Below are positions 27,391 through 38,659 of a stretch of DNA of 64,000 bases, one piece after another (the first letter of the stretch is position 1; every line of letters starts with the position of its first letter). This DNA comes from Octopus vulgaris. Its lineage: Eukaryota. The stretch spans positions 57,970,001-58,034,000 of the forward strand of contig OX597825.1 in assembly GCA_951406725.2 (NCBI GenBank), read 5' to 3'. The notes under the pieces are model-generated. The model saw nothing but the letters and a program-made list of their open reading frames with translations. It was not told the origin of the DNA and did no database searches. Position numbers and translations under genes: made by a program.

Positions 27391-28182
27391 GAACATCTTT
27401 TACTATGAGCGCTGTTTAGAAAAGTTTATATTTTCGAAGTTATTTCGTGTTAAAATTGTAGTATTTGGGTAATTTCAACCAATCAATGACGTCTATTGAG
27501 CTGAATAAAGTTACTACTTTTGTTTGTCAATAACAACTTCCAGCGGTGTATATTTCATTCGTCAGTGTTATTTATGACATATTTCATCCCAGTTACGTTC
27601 GCATGAAAAACGAGTGTATCTGAAGTACGTTTTTCTTCATGACACCACCATAATCGTTCATGCATTTCTACTGCTTTTAGGTTTTTTCCTGTTTTACAGC
27701 TACTATTTTCGGAAAGACTTTCTCCAACCACCCCCCTCCATAAACACACACATTTTCTCGCAAATTATTGCTTTTTGCCAAAAGCGCAGTTTTTCGGATA
27801 CAGAGATTCCGGAAAATTGCCAAAAATCGGAATTTTGAAATTTCTCTCCTTACTCATCCCCCTCCAATTTCTTCATTTTTTCACTTTTTCCGTAACTCTA
27901 ACCCTAAAACCCAACCCTAACATTAAAACCCTAACCTAACCCTAACCCTAAAACCCTAACCCTAAAGCTAAAACCAGTACAAACGCACGAACGATGTCAT
28001 AAATAACAGCGACAAACGAAATATACACCACCAATAGTTGTTGACAAACAACAGCAGTAATTTTATTCAGCTGAATACACGTCATTGATTGGTTGAAATT
28101 ACCGAAATACGACAACTTTAACACGAAAGAACTTTGATAATAGAAACTTTTCTTAACAACGCTAAGAGTAAAAGATGTCCTA
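27390..28182. mobile_element. MITE/non-autonomous DNA transposon with about 190-bp imperfect TIRs and internal (CCCTAA)-like repeats
   Basis: acatcttttact...ttatttatgacat (27393-27580) is mirrored by atgtcataaataac...agtaaaagatgt (27994-28178). TA at both ends. ccctaa-type tract at 27897-27966. Confidence 0.8.
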
Positions 28183-30039
28183 TATAACACATTCTACCGG
28201 TATACGAAAGTGTTTAGTTAAAGAAAATTAATTAATCGAGCTACCCATGAAAAGGAAAAGATCCGGTGTTTCTCTAAGTTAAGTGATTCGTCGCTGAGTA
28301 AACTTGAATGTTAGAATGGTTAAGGTAGCAAGTTGGGAAAGTCGTTAAAGCGATGATAAAACATTCCTAGAGGTAGTCTTCAAGGCTGCCTGCGTTCTAA
28401 ATTCAAGTGTCGACGAGGTCAACGTTTCATTGGTTGTTTCCGGAGTTGAAAAAATACCAGACTGGTACTGAATTCCCCCACCCCCCACCCCAATTCTCTC
28501 TCACCTCTATCTCCCTCCCCCTCTAGTCAGTCTTTCCTCGATGTTATATTTTTCATTCTCTTTCTTTCTTTTTTTTTGTCTGTACAAGACTTCGCGGCAG
28601 CGACTGTAAGGAGTGGCCATGGGAACGCGAATGGGCCCCAACTATGCGAACCTGTTCGTTGGCTATGTTGAGGCCCAAATATTCTCTAATTTCACTGGTC
28701 CCACTCCTGAACTATATGGTCGTTACATTGACGACATTATCGGTGCCACCTCACTTTCCCGTGAACATCTAGATTCCTTCCTCTCTTTTGTCCAATCTTT
28801 CCATCCAGCCCTCCACTTCACTTCCACTATCTCCAACACCTCTGTCTCCTTCCTCGACATTTCGGTTAGCATTCTTCACTCTCCACTCTTACCACCTCCA
28901 TTCACTACAAACACACAGACTCACACTCATACCTCAACTTCTCTTCCTCCCACCCAGAACACACCAAGCTTTCCATCCCCTATTCCCAATTCCTCCGTCT
29001 ACGTAGGCTCTGTAGTGACGACCATGACTTTGAGACTCAGTCTCAACGTATGGCTCACCACTTCACCCTACGTGGATACCCCCTCACCACTATCCATACC
29101 GCCCTTGCCAGAGCACGGTCCGTGGACCGTGTATCTGCTCTCTCTCCCCGAACCCGCCCTGTAGTCTCCCGCCTCCCTTTTCCCCTCACTTACCACCCCA
29201 CGACCCTACGTCTCCAACGCACCATTCTTCGAGCTTTCCGTCATCTCCAGTCCGACCCGTCCACTTCACACCTCTTCCCTAACCGACCCCTCCCCTCTTT
29301 CAAACGAGCCCACAACCTTCGAGACCTTTTGTTCCATAGCTCCTTCCCTGACCCTACCTCCCAACCCGGCTCGTTCCCCTGCTCCCGCCCACGTTGCCGC
29401 ACTTGCCCTTACCTCTCCAACACCACCCTCCTCACTAGCACCCATCATCGACCCTATCCCATCATCCACTCCTTCACCTGCACCTCCAGCAATATTATCT
29501 ATTGCGTCTCTTGCTCTCTCTGCCATTTCTTGTACATCGGACAAACGGGACGCCGCTTGGCTGACCGGTTCGCGGAACACCTTCGTGACATCCACCTTGC
29601 GAACGACACCCTGGTCTCTCGCCATTTCCGCTCCACCGGTCACTCCTTGCAACACCTATCTGTGTTCGGTTTGTCCTTACACAGAGGCCATCCGGATTCC
29701 CGTTTGCGCCGTGACCAGGAATTAATCTTCTCTCTTCGCTCTTATACGCCATTTGGTCTCAACTGCCCCCCCTCCTCATCTAACCCCCTCTCCCCCTCCT
29801 CACCTACCTTCCCCCCGACCCCTACTTCTTCAGTCCTTCATCCTTTCACCCCTACTACCCTTCCCTTCTTCCCTCTTTCTCCCTCCCTCCTTCCCTCTTC
29901 CCCTTCCCTCTGCTCCCTCACTCCCCTACTCTCTCCCCCTCTCCTCCTCCTCTCCTCCTCTCCTCCCCCCCCTCCCCCTCTTCTCCTCTCTCCACACTAC
30001 ACCACACGACTTTACACATCACATCATATATGATGTGCC

Positions 30040-30430
30040 ATACTAATACATACACCAACTAATACATACTAATACATACTAATACATACTAATACATACT
30101 AATACATACACCAACCCTATACATACACACGTCCAGACCTCTCATACGCACTAATACTCTCTCATACACACACACACACACACACCCTTATACATACTAA
30201 TACGTACTAATACATACTAATACATACTAATACATACACCAACCCTATACATACACACGTCCAGACCTCTCATACGCACTAATACTCTCGCATACACACA
30301 CACGCACACATACACACACACACACTCTTATACATACTAATACACACACCAACCCTATACATACACACGTCCAGACCTTCATACGCACTAATACTCTCTC
30401 ATACACACACACACGCACACACCCTTATGT
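30040..30430. repeat. Compound minisatellite in the Penelope 3' region
   Basis: TACATACTAA 10-mers plus three about 120-bp units containing ccaaccctatacatacacacgtccagacc. Confidence 0.8.
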
Positions 30431-30600
30431 TGGAGCTGGTCACTCAACCCTATTATCAATCCTATTATCTCCCCTAATTTCGCTCTCGCGTCTCATGTTT
30501 GATCTTTGACTTCTGGCCGAAATCAGATCGCCATGTTGGTTCGTTAGTTACTGCACGCATTTTTTCTCTCCTTCTTTCTGTGTTTTTTTCTTTCTGTGTA

Positions 30601-30638
30601 TCTTTCTGTTGAAGAGCGTAGGCTCGAAACGTTAAAGA
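30601..30638 (+). ncRNA. Variant minimal hammerhead motif in Penelope pLTR
   Basis: ucuuu-CUGUUGA-A-GAGC gUAg GCUC-GAAAC-GUU-aaaga. The core carries an A6>U change. Confidence 0.55.
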
Positions 30639-30738
30639 CTTGTTTTATTTATATTTCCTGAGCGCCATACTAATACAATTGTTTGTTTGTTTTCCGCCTG
30701 CCTTCCTCTTTTGTCTATTTTCATAAAGCTTCCCGTTG

Positions 30739-30786
<48 letters not shown>

Positions 30787-31064
30787 TTAATAAGGGTGAG
30801 AGAATTAGATACTAATTTAATAGTATATTTATTCCACACCAAGTGGCCTAGTGCTACGAGAAACCTGGATTATTATAATATTTTATAACATATTATAATA
30901 TTTTTACAAAATAAATATAAGAGAGTGGTCACTATATTGCTCACTCTAGCACCAGTTAATCCAAAAGGTTTCAACCACGAAAATACATGTTTCCCATGAA
31001 AGCCAGTACGACTGTTAGCTCACACGGACAGGGCAAATAAAAAATAACAAAAATACAGATTATT

Positions 31065-31140
31065 TTGGGACAATTGTTTCGCTATTAATGAATTAAATGT
31101 AATATTACTTACAAAAATCCATTTGTAGCTCGTCAGCCAA
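31065..31140 (-). ncRNA. Type I hammerhead ribozyme
   Basis: UUGG-CUGACGA-GCUA..(41 nt)..UAGC-GAAAC-AAUU-GUC|CCAA. Intact core with stems I-III. Confidence 0.85.
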
Positions 31141-31597
31141 GACTATCTGGATGAAATCCACTCAATCACACGCCAGATTTTACCATAACGATAAATACGC
31201 GTGTGGTTCAATTGATTACATCCGACGTTATAATTCAAATGCCCCAACCAACAGCGCGCCAAACTCTCACGGAAAACAAATACAGCATTTAGAAATAAAT
31301 GCAGCATAATTATAATTAATTAATAAGGGTGAGAGAATTAGATACTAATTTAATAGTATATTTATTCCACACCAAGTGGCCTAGTGCTACGAGAAACCTG
31401 GATTATTATAATATTTTATAACATATTATAATATTTTTACAAAATAAATATAAGAGAGTGGTCACTATATTGCTCACTCTAGCACCAGTTAATCCAAAAG
31501 GTTTCAACCACGAAAATACATGTTTCCCATGAAAGCCAGTACGACTGTTAGCTCACACGGACAGGGCAAATAAAAAATAACAAAAATACAGATTATT

Positions 31598-31673
31598 TTG
31601 GGACAATTGTTTCGCTATTAATGAATTAAATGTAATATTACTTACAAAAATCCATTTGTAGCTCGTCAGCCAA
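31598..31673 (-). ncRNA. Type I hammerhead ribozyme (second tandem copy)
   Basis: Identical to 31065-31140, 533 nt away. Confidence 0.85.
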
Positions 31674-32152
31674 GACAATCTTACAATTGTCCCAAAATAA
31701 TCTGTATTTTTGTTATTTTTTATTTGCCCTGTCCGTGTGAGCTAACAGTCGTACTGGCTTTCATGGGAAACATGTATTTTCGTGGTTGAAACCTTTTGGA
31801 TTAACTGGTGCTAGAGTGAGCAATATAGTGACCACTCTCTTATATTTATTTTGTAAAAATATTATAATATGTTATAAAATATTATAATAATCCAGGTTTC
31901 TCGTAGCACTAGGCCACTTGGTGTGGAATAAATATACTATTAAATTAGTATCTAATTCTCTCACCCTTATTAATTAATTATAATTATGCTGCATTTATTT
32001 CTAAATGCTGTATTTGTTTTCCGTGAGAGTTTGGCGCGCTGTTGGTTGGGGCATTTGAATTATAACGTCGGATGTAATCAATTGAACCACACGCGTATTT
32101 ATCGTTATGGTAAAATCTGGCGTGTGATTGAGTGGATTTCATCCAGATAGTC

Positions 32153-32228
32153 TTGGCTGACGAGCTACAAATGGATTTTTGTAAGTAATATTACATTTAA
32201 TTCATTAATAGCGAAACAATTGTCCCAA
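32153..32228 (+). ncRNA. Type I hammerhead ribozyme (inverted arm)
   Basis: CUGACGA at 32157-32163, GCUA/UAGC stem II, GAAA at 32213-32216, ACAAUUGU stem III, GUC cleavage after 32224, CCAA/UUGG stem I. Confidence 0.85.
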
Positions 32229-32384
32229 AATAATCTGTATTTTTGTTATTTTTTATTTGCCCTGTCCGTGTGAGCTAACAGTCGTACTGGCTTTCATGGG
32301 AAACATGTATTTTCGTGGTTGAAACCTTTTGGATTAACTGGTGCTAGAGTGAGCAATATAGTGACCACTCTCTTATATTTATTT

Positions 32385-32422
<38 letters not shown>

Positions 32423-32682
32423 GGTGTGTGTGTGTGTGTGTGTGTGAGTGTGTGTGTGTGTGTGTGCGTATGTGTGTGTGTATAAGTGTACACACTCATA
32501 CACATATGTGCTCATATATTTACACTATATATATATGTGTGTGTCTGTGTGTGTATATATATATACATATATATATATAAATAATTACATACATACATAC
32601 AGACACATTCACATAACCACACAGTCAGGCATATATATATATGTATACATCTATGTGTGTGTGTGTGTGTGTGTGTGTTTGT

Positions 32683-32734
<52 letters not shown>

Positions 32735-34837
32735 TTGTGTGTGTGCATATGTGTGTATGTGTCTCAGGTTTTATGGTCGTGCCTCAGCAGTCGCCAGAAG
32801 TTGAGAATAACTTTTGTTATATTTCGACGTAACTTGAGAAACTCTCTTATCAAAAGAGTAGTTTAACGTTGTTAATTATGGTAGTGGTGGCGGCGATTAT
32901 GGTGGTAGAGGTGGTCTTGTGTGCGAGCGCGCGCGTGTGTGTGTGTGTGTACTGATGGTTGAAGTGATGTGAATGTGGTTGTGGTAGTGTCGATGGTGAC
33001 GTCGGCGGGGTGATAATGGTGGCTGTGGTCGAGGTTGTGGTAGGGGTGATGTTGTGTGATAGTGATGGTGGTGTGGTGCCATGCATTATTGGTGGTAGTA
33101 ATTGTAGAGGGGGTGGCCGTGGTGGTGATGACAACGATGGTTATGTTGCTGTTATTCTTGCAGTTGTATGTAATGGTGGTGTTTGCAACAGAAACACTCA
33201 GTAAGCTGTAAAATGAGAGCTAGGATCAGCTGCTGTCTGACTAAGTTTAATATGTAGGTCTACATAACGAAAGAATGGTTCCAAAGCGAAATGACTTACC
33301 GAACATCCTCAAGTATATTCCGCCTTTGAGTATAATACGCAGCAGATTTTTAGGGGGCTGTACCTCTGAAAAACCTAAACCTTGTCTATAATACGCACCC
33401 CTTCTCTAACTTGAGTCAAGGAGGTCTATATAATGTCCTTGGTTTGTAAAACTGTATACGGTAACGTCCTTTATTATTATTGTATATATAACATAATGCA
33501 AACGTGTAGCTTTTTTGTGCATTTTGTTTGCAGAAAATAAAGATATAACAGTAATAACGTTTAATAAATGTTACTGCAAGTTATGGATGATTCTTTTATG
33601 ACTTCATTGCTTTCAGGCTTAGCTTAAGGTATTTTCGCGACCGACATCACAAAATGCGTCTGAATAAAAATTGGCGGACAGCAAACAGAGACTCGGACAT
33701 TGCTTAGAAAATATTTTTCATTTCTCACCTCGTATATAGTACACACAAGGGATTTTGACCTTTAAATGTTGGAGAAAAAATGGGGATTATACTCGAGGAT
33801 TTACGGTACTTCACATATCACAGTCTCTTCCGAACAACCATGGACACGAGACGACTTTATTGTCCAATAAACGTATACTTTAGATCTGATTTAGATTAGC
33901 TAATGATCATGATTACTGATATAATCAGATTGTCTTACATGAAACTAATGTTTTAAAAGACATCAGGGAAGAGTAAACTATTTTCGTTGGTGATGAGAGA
34001 GTGTGGGGACAGAAGGGATGATGATTTTTATGAGAATGAATCGAAGGCATCATTCTCCTCCTTTGTCTAGGTCGAAGGTATTGTTAGATGATTTGATGGA
34101 CCCATGATATCATCAACCTACTTTCATAGGTCAATGGTGTATAAAACTCCTTTGATAGATCGAAGATATATCGTGAAGCATATGCATAGATTGGAGATAT
34201 CGCCAATCGCTTTTTATGGAACATTGTATTCAGTTCTAACTCCATTTGTACCACCACCACCGCCGCCGACACCACCGCCGCCACAGAATAACAATGTTAT
34301 CTCGCTATCTACTAGAAATAGTGTCGAAATCTCTCTGAAACACGCTTCTACGCTCTACGAAAAGGACATATTAAATAATCTGATTCTGAATTGCCTGTAC
34401 ACTGGAAAATGATGGGATGGTCACAGCCAGAATGCCTACAGTCATAGGTTTACTTCATCGTAGCAAACAACAACAACAACAATAACAGCGGTAGCAGCAG
34501 CAGCAAAGTGGAAACATTTCTGATCGCTCGATCCGCTAGAAATAGTAATCAAACCAATTTGCCCTCCAAATTACATCTTCTATAGATTGAAAGAGAAAAG
34601 ACACGTTGCAATGATACGATTTTGATATACTACCGTATATCTAAAATCAGGATGCTCATGGTTAGAATGTACTTCATCATAGGACTGGTCTTTGAACTGA
34701 GGTTAAACACCAATAGCAACAACACATTCTGTGTGATTCAAAGATATTTATGAAACACAAAACAGTAAAATTGTTGTATGATATATTGTGACGGGAATAT
34801 AACAATGAAGAAAGAAATCGAACACGAAGCTACTTAC

Positions 34838-35020
34838 GGATGACTTCTACTTCACACAAGGACAAAGAGGCGTATTTCTTGGCAGTTTTGATACAAACAG
34901 TTTCACCAACCAACGGACGTTGACAAGATATATGAAGATTAGTTTCAGTTGATTTGCTTTTGTAGCATAACTGGGAACATGGATTGTTTTTATCCCCGAC
35001 AAATACATTCAAACCGTAAT
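34838..35020 (-). CDS. Exon E6' (copy 2): F-type lectin C-terminal half
   Basis: Same splice sites and length as E6. Reads HYGLNVFVGDKNNPCSQLCYKSKSTETNLHISC...LCEVEVI. Confidence 0.9.
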
Positions 35021-35976
35021 CTAATGGAAATAAATAACAAAAGTAGAACCCTGCTGATTATGCGTTTCAAACAAAGATATTTTTGGTGTTTAGAAAGATT
35101 AAAATGATTTGGTTTCAGAAACGTACATTAAGTCCACTGCAGGTTGAGCACAGAAATGAGGTAGAGTGTCGTTTTAAGGTATGGACACTAGGCAGTCGTT
35201 AGAGATTGCCATAGGTCAACGGGTCCATTTGAGATCTATGGTTGCTGTGGCTTGTTGTCAATAAAGAAATACTAATGGACCCCGTGCATTGATTTTCCCG
35301 GGGAAAAATCATTGCTACCAAGATAGCCCTGGTGTGATATGAAATAACATACTATAAAGCATTAAGTTATGCTATTTTACAACCATGTATGTTAACAATG
35401 AATAGTGGTTTACTTTCTTTTAAACAACAAATAGAAATTAAAATCAGCATGTAGGGTTTAAAGGGAGAAGTAAAAATGATCTTTTCACAAAGCAATTATG
35501 TCGTGGTGTATTATGGAAGCAATAGTTGATAGGACAACAGTAAAAGAATGGCGTGAAAGCAGACATAGCAGTTAAGCAGTTCACTTCACCGAATGAAGAC
35601 AGTGGAAAAGCTCATCAGTGAAGCTCTATTTGCAGATTACTATGCTCTGATGGCACACAAGGAAAATCACCGTAGACCATTGTCGACCGCTTTGCAGAAG
35701 CGTCAAAGCTCTTTAGACTGACCATCAGCCTTGAGAAAACGGAAGTCGTTGTCAAAGCAGCCCCGAACGAAATTCGTCACCAGCCAAACATCACCATTGA
35801 TGAAGTCCAGCTGAAGTGTTTTGAGAGATTCAAGGACCCTGGCAGCACAATTTCATGCGATATAGCACTGGACAGCGAAATCTCTTCCAGAATCCACTAG
35901 GACAGCCAAAGACTTGGAAGACAGACATACACAAATATATGCATGAATATATGTATTTATTTGTATGCGTGTATGA

Positions 35977-36052
<76 letters not shown>

Positions 36053-36531
36053 AGATCGGTGTTGGGCCGATATAATGGGTTAGAATATTGAAGGCGGTGC
36101 CTCAGCAAAGCCGAAGTCTTATGACGAAAGGAGTAAAATAATAAAAGACTTACAAACATAGGAAACATTGATTTCAAATAATGACGCAGCGCCACACATT
36201 TTGTGCGGAGTAGTGATGGGGGTGGCGGCGGTAGATTATATTCACAACATCCACCCGGACTTGACTAAAGCCACCCGGATACTTTGCGCATATTGATTGA
36301 ATAAGTTGACAGTTTTACTTTGGGATGGCACTGCTACATAAGGTATACCACATAGCTGTCTGGGTGACAGCACATACTACTATCACCGCCACCACTACCA
36401 CCACCACTACAACTACTAACACTACCACTACTATTAACACCACAAGCTCCTGCCAATACCACCACCACCACCACATCCACCACTACTAAACAATCTGTGT
36501 TTTGCGAGTGGTTAAAAACTTCTCTACTTAC

Positions 36532-36783
36532 GGAAGAAACTGTGAGTGTATATCCTAATCTGGTTTATAGTATAATTCCTGTCCAGTATCACATACCAAT
36601 AACTTTTGCTGGAACTTTCCTGCGTGCGACTACACGACTTGTGCTGGAAGTTTTGGTTGTATTTGCCATCCACAGCAAAACCTGCTGTGGCCAAATACTT
36701 GGAGCTGCAAAGTTTGCGACCATCCAGGAATTTAACTTCAAAATCAGACGACTGGAAAGCTGGTCGGCCAAGGGCAATGTTTT
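36532..36783 (-). CDS. Exon E5' (copy 2): F-type lectin N-terminal half
   Basis: 252 nt, open. Reads ENIALGRPAFQSS...IRIYTHSFF. Confidence 0.92.
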
Positions 36784-36885
36784 CTGAAATGTTATATTAA
36801 ATAATTACTTTAACCTTACAGTTAAAAATTATACGCACTCTTGTGTTTTCAATGTATTTAAACAAAAGCAGAGGATAAACATGTA

Positions 36886-37151
36886 CAGGGGTAGGACAAA
36901 ATAATGGAAACACCTAGCATCATAGTATCATAATTTTGAAATATCTATAAAACCGTCAAAAGCTTGTTTATTTTAATGTTTCTTTGATTTTTTATTAGTG
37001 TTGCTTAATATGTTTTGCTAAAGTTGCAGTTTCTTTTCAGATATCACCAGAAAAAGGTAATTAAAATTTATTAAAATGACAGATCTATCAGACTTTCAAA
37101 GAGGTCAAATTGCTGGTGATTGTATGGCAAGCGCTAGCGAAACGAAAACAG
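36886..37151 (+). mobile_element. Truncated left end of the DD36E Tc1 element (copy 2)
   Basis: TA plus the left TIR and transposase start. It ends abruptly at a deletion junction. Confidence 0.85.
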
Positions 37152-37665
37152 ATTATTTCTTCGCGTCGGATACATATTTGATCGAGCATACCAATAACCA
37201 AAAGTATTTCAGCATTAAACCTCGTGTCTTCTTTTTTTTTTCTTTTTTTTTCTGATTATCCAAATATCCAGTGTATCCTTCCTTTACCACGAGTAAGTGA
37301 TTCAAGGAGATTTGGCTATTATTTCTGACTAGCCGAAAGATCACATTGAGTTTCCATCCTGACTAGCAGTTTATTGTAAAAGTAGTTTCCTAAGAATATC
37401 CCTCGTTCGAAGTTATACTGAAATGTTCAAATGTTCAAGTCAATGGCGAAGATTCTCAGGATGTGCAGTCATCCATAGAAGAAAAAAGTGTAGCATGCCT
37501 TCACATTTTTTTAACAAGTTTATTGTGCATGTGCACTGGTCGCTATGCATTTATCATTACTCAGCCATACCTTTCCAACTTTAAAGCATGCACATTAAAG
37601 AACTAAATAAATAATCTTAAGTTATAAAAGCAAAGAATTTGGCGAAGTATCATCTTTCGTTTTAC

Positions 37666-37809
37666 CGTAAGTTTGATATTGACACGAAGATCCTGTTCTT
37701 CCGGGTTCACAACCTTCTTTACAATGGCCCGTTATTTGGTGACATGTTGTTCCGTTCTTACACCGACATTTATGTGTACAATCAAGACCGAATAATTCTT
37801 GTGGACATC
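37666..37809 (-). CDS. Exon E4' (copy 2): laminin-type EGF-like repeat
   Basis: 144 nt. Reads GCPQELFGLDCTHKCRCKNGTTCHQITGHCKEGC... Confidence 0.93.
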
Positions 37810-37927
37810 CTGAAGAATTTTAATTTGAAAAATATATAAAAACATTTTGGTTATCTTAAAATATTTTCTTAAAATAATTTGTGTTACAATTTGTAATTTG
37901 AAAATATTTTTTGTAAATAAATAAGCA

Positions 37928-37970
<43 letters not shown>

Positions 37971-38355
37971 GAGTGAGAGAGCAGTGCATGTCATCAAAGT
38001 GACACTGGGGTAAAATATACGAAGCCCAGTATACCCATCATGACTACCTGTCTGATAAGGGTACACCAGGTACAGGCATCACAATCATGTGCGTGACATG
38101 GTGATCTTATATCAAGATAAACAGCGCATGACCTTGCAGGTGGGCCCCAGTTAGAATTTTCTTCTGGTCGAGTAGCCAGCCCATCCCACTCAAAAGGTTC
38201 CTGAATAAGGGTCGTTTAAGGATGTTGGACGAAACACCCATGTCTCCCCCTTACCCGTCTTATTGCTTAACAACAACAACAACCAACAACAACAACAACA
38301 ACAACAACACCACCACCACCACCACCAGTAACAGCAACAACACCGACAACACAAT

Positions 38356-38404
<49 letters not shown>

Positions 38405-38476
38405 GGTCCTTCGTTGAAACGTTTCTTAAAATTCACTGACTTCTAATTACTGTATGTGTGATAATATAATACTTAC

Positions 38477-38659
38477 CAGACATTTGTAAGTTGTCAATAC
38501 AGGCGTTGCTTCCATTTATGTGCAACCAGTCAGTACTGATATCGCCCGTGCATGAAACGGTCGTATAAGAACTGACGTCGGAACGGTTTGGTGAATTACG
38601 GTTGAATGTACAATTGAGAGGTTGATTTCCCATCGAAGTGATATAAACTGGTTTTATAA
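38477..38659 (-). CDS. Exon E3' (copy 2)
   Basis: 183 nt, open, conserved splice sites. Reads VIKPVY...TDWLHINGSNACIDNLQMS. Confidence 0.85.

Larger units (their letters stand above)
28609..30740 (+). mobile_element. 5'-truncated Penelope-like element (RT core + GIY-YIG endonuclease + pLTR)
   Basis: Motifs GVAMGTRMGPNYANLFVG, YGRYIDDI, FLDI and IIYCVSCSLCHFLYIGQTGRRLADRFAEH. One frameshift. The 3' end abuts (TA)n. Confidence 0.92.
30781..32385. repeat. 533-bp tandem repeat folded back into an inverted repeat (arms 30908-31610 and 31683-32385), embedded in (TA)n
   Basis: taagggtgagagaatt occurs at 30791 and 31324 (period 533). The right arm is the reverse complement of the left arm over 703 bp. 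Confidence 0.93.

Noticed and set aside
27897-27966. Interstitial telomere
   Set aside because: It is short, degenerate and internal to a MITE.
30040-30430. Repeat-spacer-like pattern suggestive of CRISPR
   Set aside because: The context is eukaryotic, the spacers are not unique and there are no cas genes. It is a minisatellite in a Penelope 3' region.
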